Of a DNA stretch of 64,000 nucleotides, positions 25,048 through 38,700 are shown piece by piece. The first letter of the stretch is position 1, and each line of letters starts with the position of its first letter. The stretch lies in assembly GCA_964016885.1 (NCBI GenBank), contig OZ024741.1:290470001-290534000 (forward strand). Reading direction: 5' to 3'. Below the pieces are notes generated by a model that saw only the letters and a list, made by a program, of their open reading frames with translations, did no database searches and was not told where the DNA came from. Source of the DNA: Eledone cirrhosa. Its lineage: Eukaryota. The translations under genes were made by a program, and so were the position numbers.

Positions 25048-28000
25048 AACTGTAAATAAATGTCATTTAATATTTTACTTTACTAAAACGCTCTGCTAAC
25101 CACATAACATTACACGTGAATCTTTTAAAAGAATATTTTTTCCTAAACATTTAATTGTGATTTGTAGTTTATTCTTTGTTGTTCGGTAATGTCACCTGTG
25201 AGGCGATGAAGTGGCAGAGTTGTTAGAATATCAGATATAATACTTTGTGGTATTCGTTTCTGCTCTCTGAGTTCAAATCCTGCCTAGGTCTACTTTGCCT
25301 TTCATCCATTCCAGATTAATACAAAAGTACCAGTCAAGAACATATATATCTCTTTCTCACTTCCATTCTCTCCCTCTCTATTCTTTCCAGGAAGAAATAT
25401 ACTGTATTCAGACATGGAGAGAGATGGGCTCCACCAAGTTTAAAAGATGTCCCGGAATGCCGTATATGAATACGGTGCCCCAACGAATCCCTTGGAAGTT
25501 AAGGGACCATGCATGTATGCAATACCATCTGCAAATTTATAAATTAGAAGAATTCTGAAATTGTGAAAATTTCTCCTTGTGTATTTTCTGCCTGTCAACT
25601 CAGTAGAAACATACTTGTATTTATGTCGCAAATTTGTTGGTGGTGGACAGTTATTTCGTAGACTATTTACAATAAGTTGCTCAACTACTATAGTATGTTA
25701 ATACATAAACAAGATTACCAGATGAACATGTAAATGTTAATTTAAGTTTAAATGTTTGCTTACCTTCGAATCTACATTCCAAATCTTCCAGCATATATAT
25801 TCAGATTTCGCATTAATTCGTAAATGATGGAACGTATCTAGATTACCCTGAATAAAGCTTGGTACATATTTTAGGAAAGTAGTAGAATATCAAAGAAATA
25901 TCTTTGCCTATATCTTTCGCATTTTGGGCACGCGGCAATAGGTCTACGTTTCAAGTCTTGTGATGAAAGTAATTCAATGTATTTTGATTTAGATTTTTGG
26001 CATTCTTCGCTTATTTGTATATTTTTACATACCTTAAGTACGCTGTAAATATTGCTAGTTTTATATTTGAATTCCATTAAGTAATATATTTCATTTATAG
26101 AGATTTAATAATGTACTCACTTTTCCCATTATTCTCGAGTTGTTATATTGGTTTGACTTTTCGTAATAAGTATTATCTCCTAGCATATTTTCGACGAGTT
26201 GTGTATACTAATATGTTACCATAATGACGACTGCACTTCCTTTATAGGCTTCTTTAATTATAACGTCGGTGTCTCGTTATAGTTCTTTGAGGTTTGCTTA
26301 TTCTAGTCTTGAGAAATTAGATTTTATATTCCTCTTTTCTACAGTATCGATTGAAGTACTCACAAAAATTATCCAGTGCTTAATTTCTTGATTTTGTGGG
26401 ATAAAATTTTACTTTTAGTTCGGACTATTGATTCGTCATCAACTATATTGTTTTCAAAGAAATGTTCTTAAGTTCCGGTAGATTAGATTTTTGTGAGCTA
26501 AGGTGTTAACTTTAGTCATTTTGATAGAACATCGATTTGAATATTACTTCATTTTTGTCGAGTTCCATCTGGTGTCTTGATCTTTCTGAATTTGGTGCCT
26601 CTATGTTCGGTCTGGAAAACTATCTATTTGTTTTAACAAATGACAGGCTTGGGGCTGGTATAATCAGAATCAATCAGAAATTACAGGTCCATACATATAT
26701 ACCTACCTACTTATCTACCACCTGCCTACACACACACACATATACACCCCAGAATAAACATACAAAAGGGCACATTAATTCTTACATACATTCCAACAAT
26801 CTCTTTGTCTCCCCCCCCCCCCCCCCTTCTCATTCTTTACACACAACCACACATAAACATACATACAAAAATGTACAGAAAAAAATACATATTCATGCAT
26901 ACTCATATTAAAAGGTCACGTGCAATTGACTATTTAAAAAGAGCGATAATAACAGTTTTTTAGTCTATAGTATCAATCTGTATAAATATATGATGGCAAG
27001 GGTAGTGTCGGTGGTGGTAGTGGTGATAATGTTGTTGTTATTGTTGTTGTTGGTGGTGGTGGTAGTGCAGATGGCGTCAGATGGTGAGAAGTGTTTTATT
27101 TTTGTTGATGATGTTGGTGGTGTTATTATAGTTAATAGGCGATTACTGGGGGTTTAACTGTTGTTAAACGGAGGGTTATTGTGGAAGTATGAGAGATAAA
27201 ACTAGCAATGATTCTAGAAGTAGTAGTAGTAGTGGTGGTGGTGATGGCGGTGGTAGTAGTAGTAGTAGTGGTGGTGGTGGTGATGGCGGTGGTAGTAGTA
27301 GTAGTAGTAGTATTAGTAGTAGTAGCAGCAGCAGAAGTGGCTGTAGTGAGAAGGGTGATCATGAAGATGATGTGATGATGGTAATGATATTATTGTTGTT
27401 TTCATGTCAGCTCTGTTAAGTAGGCCTCTGATCAAAGGCATTCCAACTAGGAACATCCTGGGTGGGCACTCTAATTCTCTAGGGAGTTATTTGACCAGCT
27501 TCTTTTGTTATCATTTATTGTTTATTTATATAAATCTATTTTTGGTCTTTGAACTTGTTTCGCGAAGAAAGGTTAGCCAAGAAGGAACATATTACAGAAC
27601 AATTTTCCGTGAAAATTGGAACGCCCGCCTGAGGAAGGACTCTGCGAGGTGGGATAGCTGTTGCAGCGGGTCTCGCTGGCCATTGTCCGCATGACGTAGC
27701 TGAAACACCACTCTGACTTCGGAGTAGAATCTGATGCCCTCTCCCCTTTGTTTCCTTGCTTAACAACCTTAGCCCCTTCCATCTCACTTACGCACTCAAC
27801 ATCATGTATTCTCTTCTTCTATCTCCCATTTTGTCTTCTAACATTTGGAATGTTAAAACACTTTTCCTATGATGTATCCTATATATATATATATATATAT
27901 ATAATGTTTTGTGTGATAAATTCCATTTTTTATTTTTTTTATTTTAAAGCTAAAAGTTTACCATTGAAAAGGAAGTGGCAATGTCATCCTTGGCCAAGAG

Positions 28001-28539
28001 TCCGATTCTTTGTTGACTGAACTATTCACCACACTGACTTTGATTTATACATTAAAAAACAAAACAAAAAAAAAAAAAAAACAGGCGGAGTAGGGGTGTG
28101 GCTAATACGATGGAGACACCCGCCCACTCAATCACCCACCGCAACAAGGGACGTTAGATCCTACCTCTAATTTTTTAAGCAAGCCAATTGACTAGCAGCG
28201 TTGTCACGGGTGAGAACGAGACTAAGATGCTGCAATAACCAAGCACCCTCGCGGGCATTTCCTGATATCTTCTAAGGTGAGTCGTCAACGATGACAATAA
28301 CTTCGTTGTTAGTTGACCAGCCCTACAAACGTCTCGAACGCTGCAAAATATACTTCGCCGATAATTCTTAGTATTTTATACAGTCGTTGTGTACATAAAA
28401 TGTCTAGTCAATGAATGGCTTATCAAGGGCGACTACTTTTTATAAATATTTTGTCTGTTCCTAAACAATTTGAAGTAGAGTTTTGTCAAGGGAGACTACT
28501 CTGTTCTATAAATGATTTCTTTTCAGGACGTCATTTAAT

Positions 28540-28718
28540 TATTTCTACTTTTGGCACAAGGCCGACAATCATCCCAGTGCATTACTGGTACTTTATTTTA
28601 TCGACCTCGTAAGGATGAAAGGCAAAGTTAACATCGGCGGGATTTGAACTCAGACCATAAAGGGCCGTAACTCTTTGCTGCAAAGCATGGCGTCCGACCC
28701 TCTACCGATACTGCCAAT
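28540..28718 (-). mobile_element. SINE copy
   Basis: Full family consensus on the minus strand. Confidence 0.9.
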
Positions 28719-28879
28719 TAATCTACACATATTTGATAGTTCAATGAAACCTTTGATAACTCAAACCTGTGACAACGAATGTTTGATAATTTGATTTTGT
28801 ACTAAATGATACCATGGTAACGAACGATTTCCATACAAAATGTTGAAATAAAGATTGTCACGAAAGGTTGCTTGGACTC

Positions 28880-30233
28880 TTCTTCGCTCACTTAATCCTG
28901 AGAGGATCATGGGGGCAGAGTCTTCAAACACTCATTCCAGTGGGTTATGTTAGAAGCCCAAGCGTGAGCAGCCAAGCTCATAGGTGTTACCCAACCATCT
29001 TGCTTGGAGTCTACCCCTGGGTTGCTGGTTGTTTTTGTCCATAAAAATCTGTCCAGCAATTCTTTCCTGAGACATTCTAACCACATGCCCTTAGTATCTG
29101 AGCTGTGATCTCTCAGCTACACACTTTATCGAGTAACGTTATTTCAAAGAACCTTTGGAGGAATCCAATTTCTGCCACTCTTATTTCAATCATAACCCAA
29201 GATTCATAGGTAAGGGTTGGCACAAAAACCAAATTGAAGATAGCAATTTTGACTTTTATGCCTATCTTTTGATTACTGAAGATGGCATATTACTGCACCA
29301 GCTCCTGTAATTCTTGTACTTAATTCAGCCTCCTGCCTTCCAACATTCATGTCAAATGATCACCATCTAGTTACCTGCAGCTTGAGACTACCTAAAGCCA
29401 AAGAAGGCCACAAAACTGCCAGTTCCAGGGTGACCTACAGAATAAAGTAGGAAACATTGGTGGATAAGGAAGTCAGGACCAGGTATGCAGATACTTTGGC
29501 ATCTAAATTCAGAGAACTACTTGAGGACATTGAGACAGGGTGGAGATTGTTCAACGCAGCAGTTTCTGGTTCAGCTGTTATATGCTGCAGGCAAAAAGAG
29601 GCTTGGTGTGGCACAGGAAGACCCTTTGGTTCAATCAAGAGGTGAAAGATGCCATCCAAGAAAAGAAGGAGAGAGATGAGGCAAAATGGGGAGATTTTAC
29701 ATGAAAGCTATACCCATTTTCACACGAGAAGACATCTCTCACCCACCCCAAAGTGGGTGGAAGATCTACCCATCAGACAGGGAGAGTTGGCAGGTCTGCA
29801 GGTGTGTCTTTCACTTCCAACTTTATTTTCCTCCTCATAGTCATACTAGTTTGTGGGTGTTCCTTCACCTTCAGCTATATTTTACTCCTCTTCATTCTTC
29901 TGCTGTCTGAGAATATCCTAAATTTGACATTTCTCCACAATTATACCACATCACATGCCTAACCCCAACACAATTCCATTGCCCAGAACTTTTACATATC
30001 AAGTAACCAACTTCTACAGTTCCCTTAAAGAGGCTTATTAATGTCAAGAGATCTGATCAAATGTCCAAATTCCACACTTCCCAGAAAATATTTTTCATGG
30101 ATGCACTTATGCTAAACAACCCTATCATAATTTTATTTCTGCTTTCCCATGTTGGAATGAGTTAGATGGATCCTTTATCAGTACAGCCACCATTCACTTG
30201 CAGCATTCCTTCATCTCTTTTATATAGTTCAGT

Positions 30234-30283
<50 letters not shown>

Positions 30284-30500
30284 ACCTGTAGTCACTTCTG
30301 CCTAGGTTTTTCAGTTTTCCTCTACTACAGCTTCCTTCAACTAGCACCTTTCCACTCAGTGTTTAACCATATTCACCACATATCCATAACTATACAGCCT
30401 TCTCTCTTTCACATTACAAATGATTCCTCTTATACCCAGTAACTCTCTTAGATCATCCACACCCTGTTCATATACAATAACATTACAAATCCATTGGAGC
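28880..30500. mobile_element. Old RTE LINE fragments
   Basis: Minus 28880-29380 gives GHVVRMSQERIA. Plus 29440-29670 gives DIETGWRLF and WFNQEVKDAI. A further minus RTE 3' piece runs to about 30500. Related fragments lie at 47380-47870(-) and 57560-57750(+). Confidence 0.7.
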
Positions 30501-31535
30501 ATGCTCAAATCATTTTACAATTAAACAATAAAGCAAACAAAGAAACAAAAACAAGAAGAATGAGAAGGAAAAGATAAAAAAGAAAAAAAAAACAGTTAAT
30601 TGAACATATTTCATAGTTTATTACTCCCTCATTACCCATTAAATTCATACAGTTAATACAGACATTATAACAAAAAATTTTTTTTTTTTTTTAGAAATTG
30701 CTAGATCAATCAGTTTGTATCAATTAACAATATAGATATTTACAGGCATATGATTAATAAATTAACAACAAAACTATTTACAGTAAGGTGATTTCTTAAG
30801 CCAGCTTTCTAGTGAACATGGAATCAAACTTCAATTAACATGTTTTGCAGGGGACAAAGCAACCTCTCTAGTGTTAGAGCTACAACAAAATGCTCCCCCC
30901 ACCACTAACTACACTGTAAATTAGTTGATGTTAGATAAGGAATCCATTGTGATGTAGGTACCCGACTTGTCTAGAAGGGCTGTAACTCTAAATGAGAACT
31001 TACTTGGACCATATGAACCCATTCAATTTATACCCACATGGAAATCAAATGTAAAATACAAATATATATACATACACATACATATGCATACACATGTATA
31101 TATATATATATGCATACACATATATATGATACATATAAAAGCAATAGTAGAAGACACTTGCCCTAGATGTTATGCAATAGGATTGAATCTGGAACCACAG
31201 GTTTGCAAAACAAACTTCTTAGCTACATATCCATGTGGCAATGGTTCATACAGGACATTTGGTTCTATCCCCTCTCCCTCCTTCAACTCACACTGACTTA
31301 GAGTTGTTTAGCTGGGACATCATCCTCTTCATCCTCAAATTCACAGGGCTGAACTACAAAGATCATAAACACTTTTCCTTTTTCAATGAATTATATAACA
31401 AAACAAATGAAGAAATAGAAATGCCCTCTCAGCACCCTTTGTATGCCAGCCAAACATCCCACAAATCATAGAAAGGACACATTGAATAATGTAGTCCTAG
31501 ATATAGCATACAGCCGATTGGTAGAATCTTTAAAG

Positions 31536-31587
31536 CAGAGGTTCTCAACACCCCCGGGGGCAGTAGCGCCCACTTTGAGAACCTCTG
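31536..31587. mobile_element. 52 bp hAT-type micro-MITE
   Basis: TIR CAGAGGTTCTCAA/TTGAGAACCTCTG with 8 bp TSD CTTTAAAG/CTTTAGAG. Confidence 0.85.
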
Positions 31588-32095
31588 CTTTAGAGGGTTG
31601 GCCGAATGAATTGTGGTAATTTTTCTGGTTCTTTGCTTCCAGAGTCCAAGACCTATCAAATTTAACTTTCATTCTTCTGGTGTCAATAAGTAAAGTACCA
31701 GTGAAGTACTGGTGCCAATTCTTCTCTGTCTTTCTCTATATCTCCAACTCAGAATTAGCTTCACTACAGTATACAATGTCACTTTACTCCAAGTAAAGAA
31801 GGATGTTTAAACAAGAGATCTAACAATGTATTCTCATCTAGTATGCTTCCAAATAATTTTCAAAACACCCAGAGAATATGACACAGTTATGACAGAAACG
31901 AACAGTTTTTTGAAATAGAAAGACACATAAAAAAATAAATCAATAAATAAAGACAAATTTGAAAGTGTAAGATGGCATGGTCACAGCTGAAATGTCTTTG
32001 ATCATAGGACTGCTTTACCAAGATTAACCAAAGTAGTGTTAAGTGGGGCTAAACAATAAGAACAAGTCAAAGAAACAAAGTCAGTGTTTCATCAA

Positions 32096-32399
32096 TCACA
32101 ACTCCTCTTTCTGTGTCTGTTGCAAGGAAGTAAGAATTTCTGTGACCAAATTATGTAAGGAACAGAAGTACAAATCCCCATTAGGGTCTTCACTCATTTC
32201 TTTGGTGCACAATCCTGAGTACTCAATACTAAGTTCTTGTAGTCTGGGTGTCAGTGTTTGAAAGCTTTGTTGGCAGCTGGGCATGAGGAGTTTAGAAGCA
32301 GTTAGTATTTTTTCCTGGCTGTCATAGTCAGAGAGGTTGAGCAGTGAGGCCACTCTCTTACACCATCCAGTTAATGTCATCTTTTCTAGAAGATTTAAG
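32096..32399 (-). CDS. SIL1: SIL1 last coding exon
   Basis: CAG acceptor. Encodes LNLLEKMTLTGWCKRVASLL...DSQEKIL...YFCSL...QKEEL*. KEEL is a KDEL-type ER retrieval signal. Candidate AATAAA on the minus strand at 30622-30617. Confidence 0.95.
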
Positions 32400-33287
32400 C
32401 TGAAAATAAAGAAACAATGTTTAGGCAAACAGTTTTGGATAAGTATGTATGAAGTAGGTGTCAAATTAGCAGTGATTAGAATGTAAGATAGAATACTTTG
32501 TGATATTTGTTCTTGTTCACTTTAGCATTCAAAATGGCAAAATCCAGCTGAAATTATTTCGCCTCTATTTCCCACACTAAGATATCATTCTAAAAATAAA
32601 CAATAACGTCATCAAAATCTTGATTTGAAATTACAGCGAGATAAGGCCTTTACTACGAAAAATAACAATATAGTGAAATAACTTGAAACAACAAGTGTTT
32701 TTTTTAACGTTGGAAGTACAAGAGATTTTTTGTGAGTATCAACATGGCTTATGAAAGCAGCGATACCGATTTTGAAGGTTTTACACATGATGACATTCAA
32801 AATGAAGAAGAAATAAAAGAAAATATCAGTGATTTATCTTCAAATGAATCAGACATATATATCGCTGAATTTTCATCCACACCTACATTACACCTATTAA
32901 TGAACTTACATATTGGGCACATTCTGTTATGTAAATCTACCCAGTATATTGTGTAAGAGTACATTGCCAATATTATTTTGACTGGTGAAAGGGTTTTATA
33001 CTTTTTTTTTTTCAATGAAAATATTTGCATGGAATGTTGATTATACCTGCCTTTTATTTTAATTCACCCGTTCGGAAAAGTGCTAAAATTGTTAAAAGTC
33101 AACGTCTAGGTCATTGTTGGATAATTTTTGTAACAAATCTAACAGGTAAAGCACATAAAGTTTAAATGTTTGTGTTTATCCATTTTACATCTGTTAATTT
33201 CACCTGCCCATAAAAGTCAAATTTAACAAAAACAAAAAAAAACAAAAATCAGGTAAAAAGAAATAATTGTAAATTATTGATATTTAA

Positions 33288-33487
33288 CCCTTTAGCATTT
33301 ACTAACTCTATACTATTGTATTTTCATGTTAAAGGCTTTATCTCACAATATCAAATCTATGAGATTTTTATATTATTTAATTTGAGAACAATACCTTAAC
33401 TTAAGTATGAGAGGCTGGTAATTGATGGTTTGATCAGAAAAGGCGAGAGAATTTTGGCCGGATAGGGCTGGTTTAAATGCTAAAGGG
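33288..33487. mobile_element. piggyBac-type MITE
   Basis: TTAA-CCCTTTAGCATTTA ... TAAATGCTAAAGGG. Same family as 44095-44285 and 46966-47168. Confidence 0.8.
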
Positions 33488-34059
33488 TTTAACATGTGAC
33501 AGAATTTCAAGTCTGCTCATAGAAAATTAAGAAAATTACAAACAAATATAGTTGTTAACTCTCTTGAGTATGATTAACTCAAAATAATGTGAATAGATAA
33601 ACATGGCATTTGACAGAGTAATGTAAATACTAAAGGTCAACATTGCCTTTCATCCATTCAAGGTCAATAAAGGAAGTACCAGTTCAGTACTGGTGTTGAT
33701 TCTTCCTCCGCATCTTTTACATTTTGCTATCACTCTTCCTTTTCCTGGAAGATATCAGCTGTGTACAGACATGAGGACGAGACAAGCTCTACTAGGTTTA
33801 AAATGTCCAAAACACACTCAATGTCCTTATGGTACACCTATATTAGTCTCCTTCCAATGCTGTTAGCAGTGGTGATGGGCCTGCAACAGGTCCTGGGTGG
33901 CGGAGATGAACACACAAAGATTACATATCCTGTGACCCCAAAGAAAGGAGTAAATCTTAACATATATACTGATTCAACTGCCAAATTATATAACGAGCTG
34001 TGGGGCAAGAAAAGCAGCTAAGCCAGTAGACTATATCCACCACTCTGTAATTTACTTAC

Positions 34060-34127
34060 CTCTCATACTGACGAAGTTTTTCTCTACCTTTAACACTGTT
34101 GTCTTGTGAATGAGTTGAGGACATTAT
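34060..34127 (-). CDS. SIL1: SIL1 coding exon 8
   Basis: CAG acceptor and GTAAGT donor, 68 nt, phase 0-2. Encodes IMSSTHSQDNSVKGREKLRQYES (SIL1 'EKLQQY'). It supplies the phase required by the last exon. Confidence 0.9.
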
Positions 34128-35223
34128 CTGCAATTAAGGTTAAAAAAATGTTGACTGAGTGATTATGTAATTACTGGTTGATATTGCCAACAATCACCAT
34201 CATATTCTCTCTCCATCTCACTGAGATTCCTTAACATTTATCCATCACTCATGCCCATATACAATACCATTATTCTTCACTGCCAGCCATCATCATTTTT
34301 CCCCCTCATGTCACACACACAGCTCTTACCATCAATCATCTCTTTTGATATCCTGCCCTAGCTTTCTCTCTCCATGACTTTTCAGCCTCTTGCTAACCAA
34401 TCCCCAGCATACAGCTACCACATTTGCTCTCCTCCCTTACGATCCTAACACTTTTTCCTCCCTTTAACTCTTATATTCATTCTTTCACCTCATTTAATCT
34501 TTTGACCGTTATTCTCTCTCAAATTACACTCTTGATCTTGGAGAGGACTTGTTAGTGATACATGGTCCAGTAACTCCTGTGGTAACTGTAGGGATGCTGT
34601 ATTGACATATGGCATTTCTAAGGCATCTTTGAAACCTGGCAGAGCCCATCCCTCTGCAGGTCTGAATACAGCAGATTTCTTCCAGAGAAGGATAGAGAGA
34701 ATGAAAGTAGGAAAGAGATATAGAGGAAGAACTGACCCCAGTAATTTACTGGTACATGTTTTATCAACCTTGAAAGTATGAAAGGCAAAGTTGACCTCGG
34801 CAGGATTTGAATTCAGAGAGCAGACTGCAAATCATTCTGATGTACTAACCTCTCTGCCAAATCACCACCTATGTTCAAATCACAATCTATGCTTTTGCCA
34901 TCTTGTCCGCAGGGCGCAGCACTTCTGCCCTAGGCCCAAAGCCTCATCACTCCCCCTCTCTTCTGCGACACCAGAGCTCTTGCCATTCCCTCCCCTTACC
35001 ATTCTTTTCTTTCTTTATCTATATTTCCCTATTCTTTCTTTCCCTTTTTATTTTATTATTGCTGTCATTATAGTTGTCATTATTATTGTTACTGAAAATA
35101 ATATGTTTATACAGTTTTTATCATAAATACAAAATATATTATTTAAAAAAATTAAAGGACACCAATATGTTTTGCCATTTCTAGCAACTTGTGAAACCAT
35201 GTAGAGGTTCAACTATTACTCAC

Positions 35224-35485
35224 CTTTTCTGAAATCAGGTCTGCAAGAAGTGTAACAATCTTCACTTGAATTGTTTCTGTCTTTGATTCAGTGTAAAGCT
35301 GGGTGAACGCAGATAGACCCCCTAGGGCCAGGAAGCGCTGCTGTGCATAGAGATTGTGACGTAGAAGCACTGACACTGCATAGAGGCATTTCTTTCGTAC
35401 AGCCAGGGAAGGTTCTGTGGAAATCATGGTGATTAGTTTCTGCATTACACCAGCATCTATTGCAATTAATTGCACAGTAGGATTG
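35224..35485 (-). CDS. SIL1: SIL1 coding exon 7
   Basis: CAG acceptor and GTGAGT donor, 262 nt, phase 2-0. Encodes NPTVQLIAIDAGVMQKL...KKCLYAVSVLLRHNLYAQQRFLALGG...VTLLADLISEK. Confidence 0.95.
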
Positions 35486-35774
35486 CTGATCATTAACAGC
35501 GGAATCATTGATGAAATAGAAAACAGATCAAGCAAATTGATTAATTATTTAATTTTTATAATTAGATTGCAATGTGTTATAGAAGACTATAGCAATACAG
35601 TTGGAACATTAAACATCAATAAAGATTTCTTTACTTTTAAAAATGATTTCTATAACCTTTTCATGGCCATATTTTTAATAAAATACACTATTTCAGTTAA
35701 ATAATAAAGAATTTGGAGGGATTTACAAATATGATGAATTCTTTCTTTAGTAAGATAGTAACTTGAAATGTGGT

Positions 35775-38700
35775 TCATCATCATCATCATCGTTTAACGT
35801 CCATCTTCCACGCTTGCATGGGTTTGGACGGGAGTTTTCCCACTTGAGGCAAGAGTGGTTGTCTTGCTCGTATAGGACTGTCTGGCGGGTTTTCTACGGC
35901 TGGATGCCCTTCCTAACACCAACCACGTTTACAGTGGACTGGGAGGTTTTTACCGTGTTGCCTACACGGCCACATTACAGCGTGGACTGTGTGTTTTTTT
36001 GTCATGACACCTACACGACCTCATTTATTTCGGACTGGATGTTGTGGTACCAACATAACTTTACATTGAAAGGGGTGGTGTGGATGGGGTGGGGGTAGTG
36101 GGACGGGGGTGTATTTTTGTTATAGGTGCCTACTGACTGTAGTAGATTTCACTTTGTACTTAGGTAAGGCGGGTCTTCTCTATTAATGTGTAGCGCCAAA
36201 GATCTCGGTCCAGTGATATTGTCTTGGAGGTGTGTGAGGTCGGAATTTATCAAGTCGTCCCAGGTTTTTCTGGGTCTGCCTACTCCGTGGCTACCGTCTA
36301 TTTTTATTGCCCTGCACTTTTTTATACAGCTGTCGTCTTTCATGCGCATCACGTGACCATACCAACGTAGTCTTCTCTCGAGTAAACAACATCTGATCCC
36401 TCTTATTTCTAATTTTTCCCTTAGTTCGTTTATGCTTTGCCGTTCACGTATATTACTATTACACATCCAGCAGAGCATGCAAGCTTCGTTCCTCTCCAGT
36501 CTGCGTATATCCTCTGTACACAATGCCCAGGTCTCACTGCCATGTAACATTGCTGTTCGTATGCAGGCATCATACAGCCTGCCTTTCATTTTTAGTGAGA
36601 ACCCTTTAGCGGCTAATAGTGGTATAAGCTCTCTGAACTTTTTCCATCCAGTTCTGACTCTAGCTACTATACTTTCAGAGCACCCTCCATCACTGCTGAT
36701 TTTGTCACCCAAGTAACGGAAGGTGTCCACTATTTCTATAGAACCATCTGTGCAATGGAATGAGCTAGTATTCTGTGGGCACTTGCTGCTACTTATTGCA
36801 CCAGAGCACCGGCCAAATATAAAATCTATATTCTTAGTTAGCTTACCTGTGATCCCACTACATCTTTTATGCACCCATACTTTGCATTTGGGACATAAAA
36901 TGGAGTTTCTACCTACTCCTTTCCTACACACTGAGCATGGCCATTTCCTGGATGGGACTGGTGCCCTATTTTCCTTCCTACAAACTAGAACTTTAGTCTT
37001 AGACAGGTTAATTTTAAGGCCTTTTGATTCTAGGCCATGCTTCCATGTTTGGAATTTCTTCTCTAGTTCAGCCATTGATTCAGCTATGAGCGTTAGATCA
37101 TCTGCGTATAGGAGTTCCCATGGGCAGCCGGTCTTGAACTCCACTGTTATAGCCTGAAGGGCAATAATAAATAGTAGGGGGCTAAGAACGGAGCCCTGAT
37201 GAACACCAACTTTTACGCTAAACTCTTCACTATATTCGTTGTTAATTCACACCTTGCTGACTGTTTCTTTATACATGGCTTGTATAGCTCTCACAAGCCA
37301 TTCATCAACACCTAGTTTTCTAAGAGCCCACCAGATAATGGAACGGGGGACTCTGTCAAAGGCTTTCTCCGAGTCGACAATTTCCGAAGGCCCAGCCACC
37401 TTACCCGTCTTCATATCTTTGATTGCCTTACTTATTATACTACCTTCGAATAACACTGCTGGTCCCTCTATTGGATCGATGTGGGGGGAGACTGTCTTTC
37501 TCCCATTTATTCTCCTCATTTAGTAGCCTTTTGTAGTGACACTTCCAAGCTACCTTCTTATCAGCGTCAGTGATGGCAAGTACACCATCATCATTAAGGA
37601 CACACTTCTCCCCGACAATATCACGGTTTTCCTTGACACATTGCCTAGCAATCCTGAACACCTCACGTTTTTGGTCCTCGCGTTGTAGAACATGCTTGAA
37701 CTTTCTTTCCTCTGCTTCCCTTCTTGCGAAGTACACTTGTCTCCTAGCTTCCCTCCTGGCCACTTGATAGTCTTCTCTACTTCCCCCATACTTTCCAAGC
37801 CTGCTTTTTGGCCTTAATTGACTCCTCCACCTTACTGTTCTACCACCACGTTACTCGCCTCCTGCCTATAGGCCTGCTCCAGCCACAGACTTCATCTGCC
37901 GCCATCAGCAGGTTTGCTTTCAGGAATTCCCACTGTTCCTCTATATTGTACGACTCTAATTGCTCTTCCTTACTGTCGAAAGCATCAAGTAATATGCTTT
38001 TAAATTTATTACTGGCTGTGGGGTCCTTTAGCTTCCATATTTTTCTCCTGAGGATAGTCCTCGAGTACATCTCGTCCTGCTATGAGGTCGCTAATTATGA
38101 GTATGTTGGGAGGTGCATTCTTCATGGGGGAGGGATTTAGTGTTTACAACAGACACTGTCACGTCTTCTGGTAAAGATATAGTCTACCTGGCTGGTATGT
38201 TCCCCTGATCTGTAGGTGATCAAGTGATTGTCTCGTTTTTTGAAGTTAGTGTTACAGATAGTTAGGTTATTTGCTTCACAGAATTCCAGGATTCTGAAGC
38301 CTTCCTCATTTCTAGTACCAAACCCATAGCCTCCGTGGATTCCGTCATAGCCGTCACAATGTTGTCCAACATGACCATTTAGGTCGCCAGCAATAATTAT
38401 ATAGTCACTGTCGGTTATTTGGGAGGTAATGAGCATCAGTGTCTCATAGAATCTGTCTTTTATAGCGCCAGGCAGTCCGCATTGGGGGTGTGTACGCAGA
38501 TATTAGTCACAGTAGTTCTATTTAGAACAAGTCTTATTTTAATTATTCTGTCATTCACTCTATTTACGTCTATTATCTTATCCACCCATTTTTCTGCTAA
38601 CATGATTCCTACCCCACCCAGCCCATTATCATTTCCCACCCAGAAAAGCTTATAGCATCGTTTTTTACCCACAATGAATCTAGCAGACCCGCCCCTCCAC

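Noticed and set aside
25560-26640. Minus-strand coding-like stretch (..RPIAACPKC..)
   Set aside because: Multiple stops and no family I can recognise. It may be a decayed retroelement ORF1; BLASTx is needed.
32732-32956. Acidic ORF MAYESSDTDFEGF
   Set aside because: Resembles the N-terminus of a DNA-transposase relic, antisense in a SIL1 intron. Too short to call.
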